From assembly GCA_012295275.1 (NCBI GenBank), contig CM022672.1:3224001-3288000 (forward strand): 64,000 bases of DNA. The letters are read 5' to 3'. This DNA comes from Chrysomallon squamiferum. Its lineage: Eukaryota > Animalia > Mollusca. A program made the translations under genes and the position numbers. Below the pieces are notes generated by a model. That model was not told the DNA's origin. It worked only from the letters and a program-made list of their open reading frames with translations, and ran no database searches. This document shows, piece by piece, positions 23,129 through 38,335 of the stretch. Numbering within the stretch: position 1 is the stretch's first letter; each line of letters starts with the position of its first letter.

Positions 23129-24375
23129 TAAATAATAATAATAATAAAATATAAAAAAATTGTAAAGAAAATTATACCATACATTTGTTTGATTTCAGTA
23201 AAGAAATGTGTTACGAGGATGCCAGTCTTCATTTTTGATCTCAGTAAAATATCGTCCAGCGATGGCCCTAAATAAAAACAAGAAAACAGAATTTACAGTG
23301 ACAGAATACAGCTACATTTGATCAGGTCTAAATATATTGAAACATTATATAATATTCTACGATACCTCAGTGACGAGGGTCATGCGACGACGGTAGCAAT
23401 AACAACATCAAAACATATCAATAACAATACTACCATAGTAATAATAAAAAAATTCCATAAAAAAAAAAAAAACCCAGTATGTAAACACAATATTTCACAT
23501 ACAAAAACATAGACTAAATGGGGTGGGAATTGAAAGCAGTTTGAAAACATGAAAAAGATGAAGAAGAAAAGAACATACATAAATACTTAATGAAACAGAT
23601 TCTTTATTCCAAGTCAAATAAAAAAAAAATGATATAAAAAAAATATGATCAGACTTACACCCTTTGTTATTTGTTCCTTTCTTGTAATTTAATTATTTAT
23701 TCTTTAGATCGAAAGTAAATTTCAGCGAAACAGAAACTTGTATTTTACATGGAAAATTTCGGAATCCGAAAGTAAACATGTATTTATATATCTATATATA
23801 TATATATATATATCTGAGCATACAAAAATAAACATACCAAACCATACACACACTTACATACACCATATACACAAACATACATACATAATTATATACATAC
23901 GTACACATACTTTACCAAATATACATACATACACTGAATAAATAGAAAAACATTATTTTGTAGTCAGTTATTGTTATTATATTCTTGGGTATGTTTTAAT
24001 ATATAAATTAACAACAGGTACAGGTGATACTACTGCTACTGCTACTGCTACTACTACTACTACTACTAGTACTACTTCTACTACAACTCTTATCACTTAA
24101 TATAAATTAATTTAAAATAAAACCGTTTGGCTGAAATGAGCTACATATCTCAAACACAGTTTTGTTACCGCATTACGTTTTACCAAAAGTGACAAATATT
24201 TCAGTTTTTTCTTAGTATTTTATTTTCAGTGAAACTATTGAAAGATTTATGAGAAACGCCCAGCAAACATCAACATTTGTGCATTGGTAATAAAACATCA
24301 AAGTACTTAAGAAAATCGATATGGATGACTGAAAAATAATACTGGTTTATTTATATCCATGTTTGACGTGGCTGA
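21221..24375. repeat. Tandem segmental duplication, copy 2
   Basis: Same order of satellite then unique block as copy 1, with fewer satellite units. Confidence 0.9.
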
Positions 24376-24393
24376 TCTAAACGGAATTATAAT

Positions 24394-24467
<74 letters not shown>

Positions 24468-24976
24468 TTATATCGTGTTACAGACTACGCTGATAAAAAT
24501 TACCAACGAAAACGTCTGTACAATCACTCGATAATAAAAATGTTAAATATTGTTATCTCTGTCGTTATTTACAACAATGATGTGACGTCATTCATTTTCT
24601 GACGGCATCTTATGAGGTATAATTATATTGTATATAAAGACTAAAATCTTAGGCCATATGTAAGAGTCTTATTTTAATTTATGACTTGACTTTCAAATTT
24701 TTTTTTTTTTCATCTCATAACTGAACTGCAGGTTTAGTGTCTACGTTTTCATAGTTAGGATGACGATTTTAATTTTTCTTCCACCCTTTTCTCTTATTCT
24801 TACTCTTTTTCTTGTTGGTGTTATTATTATTATTATTATTAGTAGTAGTAGTAGTAGTTGTAATAGAAGCATAGTAGCAGTAGTGGTAGTAGTAACTATT
24901 GTTATTGTTACTATTATATTATACTACTATATTATACGTTACTACTAGTACTACTACCACCACCACCAACACCACC

Positions 24977-25007
<31 letters not shown>

Positions 25008-25395
25008 TTACTATTACTGTTATTATTACTGTTGAATTTTGTTCATTATGAATATATTCTTATTGTTGTTATTGTGACATTATTACTGCTGTTTTATCAT
25101 CGTCATCATCATCATCATTATCATCATAGTCAGTTTTGCAAAGTATTCAGAATGTATTCAACATGCGATGTAACTATATCATTACCGTTTTCACTGCATA
25201 GCGTTTTCATTCTTCCTTATACGACTCTCTGGTTCGTTATGAATCACCTTGAATAAAAGTCTCAAAAAAGTGAGACAACTGACGCAATAAGCACAGATAT
25301 TTTCTTCATAGTTACTCGACTAAACATTTTAAGCACAGATATTTTCTTCATAGTTACTCGACTAAACATTTTAACATTAACTATTACTTGTTTAA

Positions 25396-25489
<94 letters not shown>

Positions 25490-25790
25490 TTAACAACCAA
25501 ATACACATACAATATGTATAATGTATATTAATATATGCTGTATCAGTCAGTACTTTTCAGACTTCATCGTTAGCAGCAGTTTTCTTCTTTTTCTGATTAT
25601 TACTATCATCATCATCATCATCATCATCTTATCGTCACCATCATCATCATTATCATTGTCCTGGTTGCTGCTGTTGCTGTGATTATCATTATTAATACTG
25701 ATCATAAAAATGGGTAACAGTTCCATATTATGAACTGATATATGCTGAAATAATAATAACAGTAACAGTAACAACAACAGCAACAAGTAA

Positions 25791-25825
<35 letters not shown>

Positions 25826-25829
25826 ATTT

Positions 25830-25898
25830 TTTAAAATATGAACAAAGCAGTTGTTTCTAACAAATAATTCTGTAATTCGTATTTTTTTTTTTTTTATT

Positions 25899-25931
<33 letters not shown>

Positions 25932-25935
25932 TATT

Positions 25936-25966
<31 letters not shown>

Positions 25967-26125
25967 GGCACTGTGTTGTGATTGGTTTAAAGGGAAGTAA
26001 CTAACAGACGTATTGGCTAGAAAACGAAGGAATTAAACGATTTTGAAAATGTTTTCCATTACTACGATGAGTAACAATTTATTTCTCGGTTCAGCCAAGC
26101 TTATCATTTCAACAATTTTGTTTTT

Positions 26126-26176
<51 letters not shown>

Positions 26177-26250
26177 TTATTATAACTACTAGTAGTGCTA
26201 TAAACACATTTATTTACTTACTTACTTATAATTTAATTAACATCTGTAAT
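25830..26250 (+). repeat. ~400-bp direct repeat (partner 36105-36450)
   Basis: Shared gtgattggtttaaagggaagtaactaa..gaaaacgaagg..ttaaacgattttgaaaatgttttcc..cagccaagcttatc. Confidence 0.85.
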
Positions 26251-27135
26251 GAAATTAATTAATAATAAAAAAAAAAATTAAAAAATTAAAACACCTTCCC
26301 AGCTTGAAATTTAAAAAATCAAACTGAACCTGAACATATATAAATACTTATGTTACAGATATTTAAATATTAAATATATAAAATCAGACTTACATGCTTT
26401 GTTCTTTGTTTCTTTCTTGTTAAACTGTAATAAAATGATTTATTCTTTAATTTGAAAGTATAATTCAGCGAAACAGAAACTTACACTTTCCATGGAAAAC
26501 TTGTGATTTCGAAAGTAAACGTGAATATTCATATGCACACATACTACGCTGATAACAGTTACTTCTGTATATAGTTTGAACCTCCCTGTGTATTACACAC
26601 AGTTCTATCTGTATCCATGTTTCTGTAAGCCATCTGTTTCTATTAGTTTGTTGTAGTGAATTTTAGAGCGACATATGACAAAACAATTCCGTGACATGGC
26701 CTGAACAGCAACTGGGGGTCGGAACAAGGTTCAAGATGGGATTTTAATATTAAAAATTATTTCATCAAACTTGGCATGTAAGTATTTTTACATGTATATA
26801 TTCTGATCGTATATATTATTTTGGAGAATCGTTTTTTTTTTTTGTTTTTTTTTTAAAGTTTTAGGCCGACGCTTCTAAAAATGAAGCAGAAAATTTAGAT
26901 AATTTGAAATTATCGAATAAGATGATATTAATTTTAAGAAATCTTTTATAAATATCTAGTAAATGAATATGTAAAAAAAAGTATTTAATTGTTATTATTG
27001 TTTTGATTAGTTTTATTTTTTTATTTTTTTATTTTTTTAATAAGTTAAAAAGGAAAAGAAAACAACATTTTATAGACACAACAACAACAACAATAATAAT
27101 AACAATTTCTATATTGTCCAATACTTTTTTCTAAC

Positions 27136-27166
<31 letters not shown>

Positions 27167-27475
27167 CTGTGTACAAAATTTAATTTTTAAGAAAATAAAG
27201 AAACTATTCCTGGACGGGGAGGTTGGTTCCAAAATGTTCCGTGGATACTTTATCTCATCTTGTCACGAATTTTAAATAATAAAAATAACAGTTACAATAA
27301 CTTTAGTAATATCGCGTACCTAAAATACAGCGACAAGGAGTCACTTGGTGAGTGATACCCCGCACCCACCCACCTCAGTGCGGCTAATACAGGAAAACAC
27401 GTAACTTGAAACTAAGGATCCTGGGACATTGTTCACCTTTGATACGAAACCACATAACAACAACAACAAAAAAAA

Positions 27476-27506
<31 letters not shown>

Positions 27507-29104
27507 ACAAAGAATTTAAAAGGAGGAGTTAAAAATAAAAAATATAGCTAATCAGCAGATTAATTTAAAAAAATAAATAAATAAATAAATAAAACGTAAA
27601 TAAAACTGTATACTGAGAGAATCTGTTGTCGAAAAGTGTGTCAAATGTTGAAATGGTTGGTCAACTTTGTCGACTCCTAAACAGATTAAGGGTAACAGTT
27701 CATTGCACGGCACGTTATAGTCTGTTCCAGTAAATACGGGTACGCGATGCAGTTATAATCTCATTATAATCTCCTGATCTAATCTTTTCTCTCGAAATCA
27801 CAACTCACATGAAAAACTGCTCAAACTACAGCTGGATCATGATATTGAACTATATATAATTTATATTTGAATTTGAATTTGTATATATAAAATAGCTGAA
27901 TGTTATAACTGACAGATTATTGTCACATGCAATAAATTGAAGGCTAAAGTGGATGTTATGACTATAATTTTACCTATTTGAATGTTAAAATGGACGTTAT
28001 GAATGATATCATTTTTTAGCTGTGAATGTTATGAACGTCGAGTTATTGCCAGATATAATAAAAATGAACAAATGTTATGAATGACGAATTATTGCCAATG
28101 CAATAAAATGAACGATGAAGTGATTGAAGTTATTTATTGAATTATACTATACCATAATCGGTTTATTCCGAATCTGGCAGTGAGATTATAACACATCTTA
28201 ATTGGACACGCCAGTTGTTCTATTTCTGGCAGTTTATTGCTCACCCTTACTAATTGATGTTTTGTCATCTTAACTGATGTTCCCGGTAACACTGACGATT
28301 AATCGTACCATTGACGGTTGACTATTGATCGGTGATCAAAGCAGTAACAAAGGCAATTAATTACGATCAAACATAGCAACCATCATGACTGTTCAGTATT
28401 TGTATAGGTAGTATTTCCTGTCTCCAAACCTTACGTTATAACATTAATTTCCTTGCAACCTCGGAGAAATTTTACTGAGATATAACATTAATTTCATGCC
28501 TCCAAACATTAATTTCATGTCTCCAAACATTAATTTTCTTGCAATCTCTATTCCGGCTCACCTCTGTTATTCACACATCTCGTTATCCCCATGCCTCTAA
28601 ATTGGCCTTAATTGCTCACGCCAGTTTTCCCATTTCTGGAAGCGGATTACAACACCTCGTATTTATTTGATGATTTTCGGTTTATTTTTCTGCTTGGTTT
28701 TTGCTTCTAGTATCTGTTTGTTGTTGGGATTTTTGTTTGTTGTTGTTGTTGTTGTTGTTTTAGCTACATATTGGTCATTCAGGCCGGTTATTATTGTTTT
28801 CCTTTCCTTTTAGTAAAATTAAATTTTTGTTATTATTATTTACACTTTAAAGCAATGTTTCATTTGAGCTAACAGTTGCTAGGTTATCCACACACTGTAA
28901 CAGTAACTGACTGAGGTTGTTTCGTGTTTGAACTGCCAACGCACTTCACAGCGCTGTCTGACTTACTTTGTTTTGTTGAATTTTCACTACGTTAGATAAC
29001 AGAGCTGGTTTATCTTTACATGTCTCATTTAGATCGTTTTCATAGATTATCTACAAACTACGACATGTAGTTTATTTATTTATTATTATTATTATTATTT
29101 TTTT

Positions 29105-29332
29105 TTAACATTTCACACTCTTGGCAACAATATGTAATTCAGTATGTGACTGTTTTGTTGGAATATCTAGGAACTTGATATTCCAGTGTCTGATTTAAGT
29201 TGTTTTATCTACATCTCTATTAACCGTATCACTAGAGTTTCTTTTGTTGGATTATCTAAATAATGGATAATGGACTCTCATTCAAACTGTTTTGCTACTG
29301 TTCACCAATGAAAATAATATTTGAATAAGGCT
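29105..29332 (+). repeat. ~230-bp direct repeat (partner 33002-33258), within a degenerate short-period repeat region 28860-29900
   Basis: cacactcttggcaacaatat..aattcagtatgtgactgtt..gttggaatatcta..ccaatgaaaa..atatttgaataaggc at both sites. Confidence 0.8.
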
Positions 29333-30344
29333 TTATTCATTTATTTATTTATTTATTTTTATTTTTATTTGTTCGTTTCCTGGACTTTTCTTTCTTCCTT
29401 TTTGTTTCTTGATAAAAATAAAAATTTTAAAACGAAAAGGATGATTTATATGTTTTAACAGCTGTTTTCTTGTTAGTCTTCCTGCTTACTTCACAGTCCG
29501 CTGTCTTCTTCAGTTATCTGTACACTTGATGTCAGCACAGAAAAGGACTCATTTTCATAGATCAAATAAAAGTGTCTGTTTCAGACAGTATTTGTGTATT
29601 GTCTTCACATTCAGAAGCTTTCATTTGCTTTGTTAGATCATCTACAAACTTGGTAACAGTAACAGATTCATGTTATTTTATCAGCATACTCATACAATAT
29701 CTGATTTGGGTTCCTTTGTTGTAACGTCTGATTTAGGTTGACCATTTTAACAGATTATGTGCAAACGTGGTTTTGAATGTGAAATTTGAGGTTTTCTTAG
29801 ATAATCCACACTCTTAATAAGAGTTTATGATTGTGACTGTTGTCTTTATTAGTTGTGTTTTTTTCAGTTGTCTACATAATGCATAACAGTATCTAGATTA
29901 GTTTGTTACACAGTACATACCAGTAAATATATTAAGACGACTATCAAAGGATAAACTGAAAAGTAACTGTGGTCGTATTCTCCTTGGTTTCTGTAGATAT
30001 AATAACTTGTTTATTATGAACGGGAGAATAGGTGAAGATAGGGGAATGTACTTGTAAAGACGTTAGTGTCGTTGATCACTTCACTGCAAATGTTAAATTC
30101 TTGTCCCTAACAGAACACTTTTCTATTCTGCCATTTTGTTCTTTGTTATCAGATGTCAACAGGCCTTTGTGTATCAGACTATATGTGCAAATAAATCCTG
30201 AGAATACTGTAAATGATACTTCATCAATCTCTAAGGAAGTCCCAAGGAAACGGTGTCATGATGAAAAGCAAGAATTTTACGATAATTTTAAAAAGCAGAA
30301 GCATTATAAACATATAATCGTTTTTTTTTTTTTTTTTTTTTTTT

Positions 30345-31506
30345 TAAATGTTGGGGATTTTTAATTTATTTTTTCATGATTTTTGTCATTTTAAAAAAAA
30401 AAAAAAAAAAATACATTTTTTTTTTATTTTTTTTATGTTGGGGATTTTAATTTTTTTTATTTGGGGATTTTAAATTTATTTTTGTCATGTTTTTATTTGT
30501 TTTCATATTTTTTTTTGTCATTTGGGGATATTCTTTTTTTTTTTTTTGTCATTTTGGGGATTTTTTTGTCATTTTGGGGATTTTAATTTTTTTGCCATGT
30601 TGGTTTTGGGATTTTGACAGGTTGGGGATTTTTTAAATCATGTTGAGTTTTTGGGGTTTTTCAGGTAGGTTTTTTTTTATTTTGTCATTTTTTTTCACAT
30701 TGGGGATTTTTTAATTCATTTTCATGTTTGGGATTTTTTTTGTTTTTTTTCATGTTGGGGATTTTTTTTTTATTTTTTTTCATGTTGGGGATTTTTGTTA
30801 CTTTTACTTTTTTTGTCATTTTGAGGATTTTTTTTCATTTTGGGCTTTTTTTGTCATGATTTTTTCATGGGATTCTTTTTTTGTCATTTGGGGATATTTT
30901 TGTCATTTTGGGATTTTAAAAGGTTGGGGATTTTTTTAAATCATTTTGAGTTTTTGGGTTTTTTTCGTCATGTTTTTTCAGGGATTTTTTAATTTTTATT
31001 TCATGGGATTCTTTCTCTTTTTTTTGTCATTTGGGGATATTTTTGTCATTTTGGGGATTTCAATTTTTTTGGATTTTGGGTGTTTTTGGGTGTTTTTCAG
31101 GTTAGGGATTTTATGGGGTTTTTTCCATGTTTGGGATTTTTTTTTTTTATTTTGTCATGGGTTTGTTTGGGGGTGGTTGTTCATTTTGGTGTTTTTATTT
31201 TTTTATTTTTAATTTTTTTTTTTTTTTTTTTTTTGTCATGTGTTTTATTTTTCCCTGTTGCGGATTTTCTTAATTTTTCATGTTGGGGATTTTTTTTTTT
31301 TTTTAATATCTGAATTATGATGTTTTGTTATATTATCTGCAGACTTTATAACAATATCTGAAAGGTGGTCTTGTTAGGTTTTTCATGTTTGGGATTTTTG
31401 TTTATTTCACGGGATATTTTTTTTTTTTTTTTTTTTTTGTCATTTGGGGATTTTTGTCGTTTTGGGGATTTTCTTATCATGTTTGGGATTTTGGGAGGTT
31501 TCCGAT

Positions 31507-31538
<32 letters not shown>

Positions 31539-32100
31539 GGTCATGTTATTTTTTTAGGGGGTGATTTTCAGGTTGGGGATTTGATGGGGTTTTTCAGTTT
31601 GGTGATTTTTTTTTTCTCTGTTATGGTTGGGATTTTTTGTTTTTTGTCAAGTGTTTATTTGGGTGTTTTTTTTTTTCATGTTGGTGATTTTTTTTTTTTT
31701 TTGTGATGATTTTTTTTTTTTTATGGGGATTTCTTTCTGATTTTGTTTTTTCTGTATTGTTTTTTTTTGGGAGGTTGTCATCTTGTATTTTGTTGTTTTT
31801 GTTGGGATTTTTTTTTTTTATCATGTTAGTTTATTTATTTATTATTTTTAATCAATTAATTAATTTATTTATTTATTTAATATCTGAATTAGGATGTTTA
31901 GTTAGATTATCTGCAGAAGATAACAATATCTGAAAGGTCTATTTCTTGATTTGATTTTTTCAGCGTTTTTTTTTTTTTTTCATGTTGGGGATTTTTTATT
32001 TATTTTTGTCATGTTACTTTTTTTCTGCTTTTTTTGTCATGTTGAGTTTTTTCTCTGTTTTTGCATGTTGGGGATTTTGGGGGGTTTTCAGGTATGATTT
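30345..32100. repeat. Degenerate T-rich satellite (ttttgtcatgttggggatttttt-like)
   Basis: Many recurrences of gtcat / ttggggattt separated by T runs. Confidence 0.8.
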
Positions 32101-33654
32101 TACGTTGTTGTTTTTTTTTGTGATAAATGGTCTTGCATCATTACTATCTACTACTGAATAAAGATGAACAAAATGTTAAATAAATTAATAAATAAAAAAT
32201 AAATAAATAAAATAAAATGAAAGATTGTGTTTTTTGTTGTCATTTTTTGTTTGTTTGTTTGATGTATTTTGTTATATTTGTTTATTTCACAATTTTGGGA
32301 AAACCTGAACTGTCACAGAGCATCAAAGACATGTAATTTATTATATACACTGAAGTTTATTAATTTTTTATATCAAAATATATTCACAGATACCATCCAT
32401 TGATCAAAGTCTAATTTCGTATTACTTATTCAATAACTTGGAAACAGATGTATTTCAGTGATGATTAAATCATTGTCTACACAATTATAAGTAACTACAT
32501 ACAGTGCTTTTCTATTCGAAGAAATAAAACTAGATTTTTATTTAATATGGCTCACCTGGAGTGTCTACTGATGTGTCTAGATCTCCATATTCTTTCTACT
32601 CTGTTGTCCAACAGTTTTCAGAACATGTAACCAAGTAACAGACTTCAAATTCAATCTCCATTTCCTTAGGCCATTACAACAGACACGACTTCCTCTTGAA
32701 GATACACACTGTCATAAACAGTAAATTAAACTGACTTTATCATCACACAATCTTCACGTCTTCCTTGAAAAACTATAGCAGTGATGATTTCCTTTGATAC
32801 TGTACAAAAAACCCCCACCTAATCTGTGAAGGTGAAAAATATGAAACTTCTATATAATAACCATTAATGAGGAAATAATTGGTAACTCATTTTATTTTTT
32901 TCTGCAATGCTTTTCTACAGGAAGAAAAAAAAAGAGATTTAAAAGAACATTATTAGTATGTATTTGTTACATTCAGTAACCATCCAAGTACCACATTTCT
33001 CTTTAACATTCCACACTCTTGGCAACAATATTTAATTCAGTATGTGACTGTTCTGTTGGAATATCTACGAACTTGGTATACCAGTATCTGATTTGAGTTG
33101 TTTTATCAACATCTCTGTTAAGCCTGTGAGATACAGTTTGTTTCACTGGATTATCTGCATGACAGTGTTGATCCAGAATTAACTGCACACAGGATAATAG
33201 AATCTAATTTAAATTGTTTTGCTACTTTCACCAATGAAAACAATATTTGAATAAGGCAAGAACAACAAACATCCATAATACGTACCTTACTCACACCATA
33301 CAGCACAAGGCCCTCAAAACATTATACGACAGCATAGAAAACAAGATACCACAGGACATATATAAATACACACAGTGTGGAAACTTCACGGAACACAGGC
33401 TTCAAAATAGGGGACAAAAAGCTGAATAAAAACAGACAACACCACAGAAAAAAGAAGAAAAAAAAACATGCAAGACCAACAAAAATCCGTAATACATACA
33501 TTACACACACATACAGGACAAGGCACACAAAACATCATAGCACAGCATTGAAAACAACACACAAACATGCAAGATCAATCAAACATCCATAATACATACA
33601 TTATACACACACATACAGGACAAGGCACACAAAACATCATAGCACAGCACTGAA

Positions 33655-35638
33655 AACAACACACAACAGGACACGTATACACAGGTAGAGTATGGAAACT
33701 GCACACAACAGGACACGTATACACAGGTAGAGTATGAAAACAACACACAACAGGACACGTATACACAGGTAGAGTATGGACACTGCACACAACAGGACAC
33801 GTATACACAGGTAGAGTATGGAAACTGCACACAACAGGACACGTTTACACAGGTAGAGTATGAAAACAACACACAACAGGACACGTATACACAGGTAGAG
33901 TATGGACACTGCACACAACAGGACACGTATACACAGGTAGAGTATGGAAACTGCACACAACAGGACACGTATACACAGGTAGAGTATGAAAACAACACAC
34001 AACAGGACACGTATACACAGGTAGAGTATGGAAACAACACACAACAGGACACGTATACACAGGTAGAGTATAAAAACTGCACACAACAGGACACGTATAC
34101 ACAGGTAGAGTATGGACACTGCACACAACAGGACACGTATACACAGGTAGAGTATGGAAACAACACACAACAGGACACGTATACACAGGTAGAGTATAAA
34201 ACTGCACACAACAGGACACCTTTACACAGATAGAGTATGGACACTGCACACAACAGGACACGTATACACAGGTAGAGTATGGAAACAACACACAACAGGA
34301 CACGTATACACAGGTAGAGTATGGAAACTGCACACAACAGGACACCTTTACACAGATAGAGTATGGAAACTGCACACAACAGGACACGTATACACAGGTA
34401 GAGTATGAAAACAACACACAACAGGACACGTATACACAGGTAGAGTATGAAAACAACACACAACAGGACACGTATACACAGGTAGAGTATGGAAACAACA
34501 CACAACAGGACACGTATACACAGGTAGAGTATAAAAACTGCACACAACAGGACACGTATACACAGGTAGAGTATAAAAACAACACACAACAGGACACGTA
34601 TACACAGGTAGAGTATGGAAACAACACACAACAGGACACGTATACACAGGTAGAGTATGGACACTGCACACAACAGGACACGTATACACAGGTAGAGTAT
34701 AAAAACTGCACACAACAGGACACGTATACACAGGTAGAGTATAAAAACAACACACAACAGGACACGTATACACAAATAGAGTATGGAAACAACACACAAC
34801 AGGACACGTATACACAGGTAGAGTATGGAAACAACACACAACAGGACACGTATACACATCTAGAGTATAAAAACAACACACAACAGGACACGTATACAGA
34901 GGTAGAGTATAAAAACTGCACACAACAGGACACGTATACACAGGTAGAGTATAAAAACTGCACACAACAGGACACGTATACACAGGTAGAGTATGAAAAC
35001 AACACACAACAGGACACGTATACACAGGTAGAGTATAAAAACAACACACAACAGGACCCGTATACACAGGTAGAGTATGGACACTGCACACAACAGGACA
35101 CGTATACACAGATAGAGTATGGACACTGCACACAACAGGACACGTATACACAGATAGAGTATGGAAACAACACACAACAGGACACGTATACACAGATAGA
35201 GTATGGACACTGCACACAACAGGACACGTATACACAGGTAGAGTATGGAAACAACACACAACAGGACACGTATACACAGGTAGAGTATAAAACTGCACAC
35301 AACAGGACACGTATACACAGATAGAGTATGGAAACAACACACAACAGGACACGTATACACAGGGGTAGAGTATAAAAACTGCACACAACAGGACACGTAT
35401 ACACAGATAGAGTATGGACACTGCACACAACAGGACACGTATACACAGGTAGAGTATGGAAACAACACACAACAGGACACGTATACACAGGTAGAGTATA
35501 AAAACTGCACACAACAGGACACGTATACACAGATAGAGTATGGACACTGCACACAACAGGACACGTATACACAGGTAGAGTATGGAAACAACACACAACA
35601 GGACACGTATACACAGATAGAGTATGGACACTGCACAC
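33655..35638. repeat. 42-bp minisatellite, ~47 copies
   Basis: Unit acacaacaggacacgtatacacaggtagagtatggaaactgc; produces the 14-aa periodic ORFs. Confidence 0.95.
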
Positions 35639-36021
35639 CACTCCAGACCACAAACAGAAAACATCACACAAAAAAGAACAAACCTGCTGGATAGTTTACA
35701 TCAGTTCAAAAATATATTGTTCTTAGAACTTACTAAATTCAGAAGAAAAAAAACAAAACAATTCAGTTTTATTTTAAATCTTTTCCAAAACGTTAATGAT
35801 AGTTTTTAATAACAGTTTGCTTTGTTATATTATGTTTACGATCTATTTGATGAATTATTGGATATTCAGATAAAGGAACGAACTGATGGATGGAAATATG
35901 GAATGCAAAATAATATGAAATATATATATATATATATATATAATACAAATATCTAACAATTCGATAATAATGGAATGATATAACCAGAAATAATAATAAT
36001 AATAATAATAAATAAATAAAA

Positions 36022-36068
<47 letters not shown>

Positions 36069-36104
36069 ATATAATTTATAAATAAGTAAATAAATAAATA
36101 AAAT

Positions 36105-36450
36105 GTATAAGTATGCACAAAACAGTTGTTTTTGACAAATAGTTCTGTAGTTCGTATTTTTGTTTGCACGATATTGTGATTGGTTTAAAGGGAAGTAACT
36201 AAGAGACGTGTTGGCTGGAAAACGAAGGCATTAAACGATTTTGAAAATGTTTTCCTTACTACGATGAGTAACAATTTAGTTCTTGGTTCAGCCAAGCTTA
36301 TCGTTTCAACAGTTTTGTATAAACCATTACAACTACAACAACAACAACTACTACTACTACTACTACTACAACTATTATTATTACTACTACTAACATACTA
36401 TAAACACATTTATTTATTTACTTACTTATAAATTTTCATCTGTAACGAAT
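36105..36450 (+). repeat. Direct repeat (partner 25830-26250)
   Basis: Same sequence blocks in the same orientation, ~10 kb apart. Confidence 0.85.
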
Positions 36451-37329
36451 TTGATATCAGGATAATAGTAAAGTCTTTAACAAAAAAAAAAATCATATTA
36501 ATTAATATCTAGGATAAAACAGTTTAATTTATTTTAAAAAGATACAAAATATCCATATCATTCATTTACACGGATTTCCTCTTGACTGAAGCAAATATAC
36601 ATATAAGACTAGACCACCATAGCAGTAGTAGCAGTCGTAGTAGTAGTAGTAATATAATATAAAAATTGTTAACACGATAAATGTGGTTTAACAAGGAAAG
36701 CGTTTTCAAACTCGTATCGTTCCTTCGTTTTCTGGCCTGATTGGTAGACACGTACGTTCAGGAAGATGGAACTGAGTAACAGACTTGTCTACGTTCAGAT
36801 TTATTTGGCTTCACACGGAAAAACAACCAGGGAGATCGATAAGCTGATGGGTACTCATGAATACGTGCATAGCGGATGTTACAACAGAAGGATGAAGACC
36901 AGCTATCTTTACTGTCTGAAACCTTTAAACAATACGAATAAATAAATATAGTAGGTGAAATGGCTATAGAAAACTACCAGTTGTAATTTAGTTTGAAAAT
37001 AAAGAAAAATCATCACATAAACTATGTGTGAAGGAGGTCATCGTGACGGATGTTGTATTTTGACCGGTGACAATAAATGAAGTCCTGGGTCCATGGGATC
37101 ACGTTACGTGTATCTGGTTCAATGTGGCTATGATGAAAAAGGATTTTAATGAATGACCAAGATAATAATGTGAATCTGATGACTTAACTAAACTTTCACA
37201 GGCATTGCACTGTGAAACCTACTATTCATCAATTCCGTTATGTCTGTAGGGAGTATATCTGCAGGCAGAGTAATTTCTTCATTAGCTTCTCTTTCACGAT
37301 TTTCCAAAATGAATAGATCATAGCACCCA

Positions 37330-37369
<40 letters not shown>

Positions 37370-37783
37370 ATTTATTATTATTATTATTATTTTAATTTAA
37401 AGTGCTAAAATAAAGAGAGGAAGCACTGGAACATTGTGTGTAAAATATCACCATTCTGTACCTGTCCATATACTGGTAATCAGTGAAACCACCTTTTGTT
37501 ATTTTAATTTAATTTCATTTCATTTCATTTCATTTTCATTTTATTTTATTTTATTTTATTTTTATTTTATTTTATTTTTTATTTTATTTTATTTTTTATT
37601 TTATTTTATTTCATTTCATTTCATTTCATTTTATTTTTTATTAATTTGTATCAACTTAATTCATTTTGTGAAATATCTTTATAAGACTGGGTATATGTAA
37701 AGCAAACTTTTTTGTCTGTTTTTAACAAATTATGTTATTGTTTTCGTTATTCTCATCATAAGCAGCACCGTCATCATCATCAT

Positions 37784-37868
<85 letters not shown>

Positions 37869-38010
37869 CAAAAAGGTACCATATACTTAAGGTACTAATA
37901 TTTAAAATATTGCGGGGTTTCTTTTTTGTTGTTTTTTTTTCTTTTTTTCGATTTCTTTTTTCTTTGGAGAACAACTTAACCACAGAACATTAATTAAACT
38001 TTATTTATTT

Positions 38011-38068
<58 letters not shown>

Positions 38069-38299
38069 TTTCAGTTTCTTTACACGAGTGAAATACAATT
38101 TTTGTTCTATAATTTTATAGGCATCAGACCTTGGTTCATTTTAAAACTTCATTAGCGTCGTCTCTGACAACGTCAGCTGTAGTTTGTCTTCGGTTTGATA
38201 TGTCACGTTTATGACGCCAATATCTACATAACGTCATTTAGCAACTAGAAATTCATCATGTCTATTGCAGGCAGTCTGAAATCGAAGGTTTTGATTTAA

Positions 38300-38335
<36 letters not shown>

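Noticed and set aside
30724-31933. Phe/Gly-rich membrane-like ORFs
   Set aside because: Derived from the T-rich degenerate satellite.
33575-35671. 400-600 aa Cys-rich ORFs, and a superficial CRISPR-like look
   Set aside because: Products of a 42-bp minisatellite open in all three minus frames; no unique spacers, no cas genes, eukaryotic context.
36766-36945. 59-codon plus-strand ORF MELSNRLVYVQIYLASHG...
   Set aside because: No recognisable motif, partner exons or similarity to the cluster genes.
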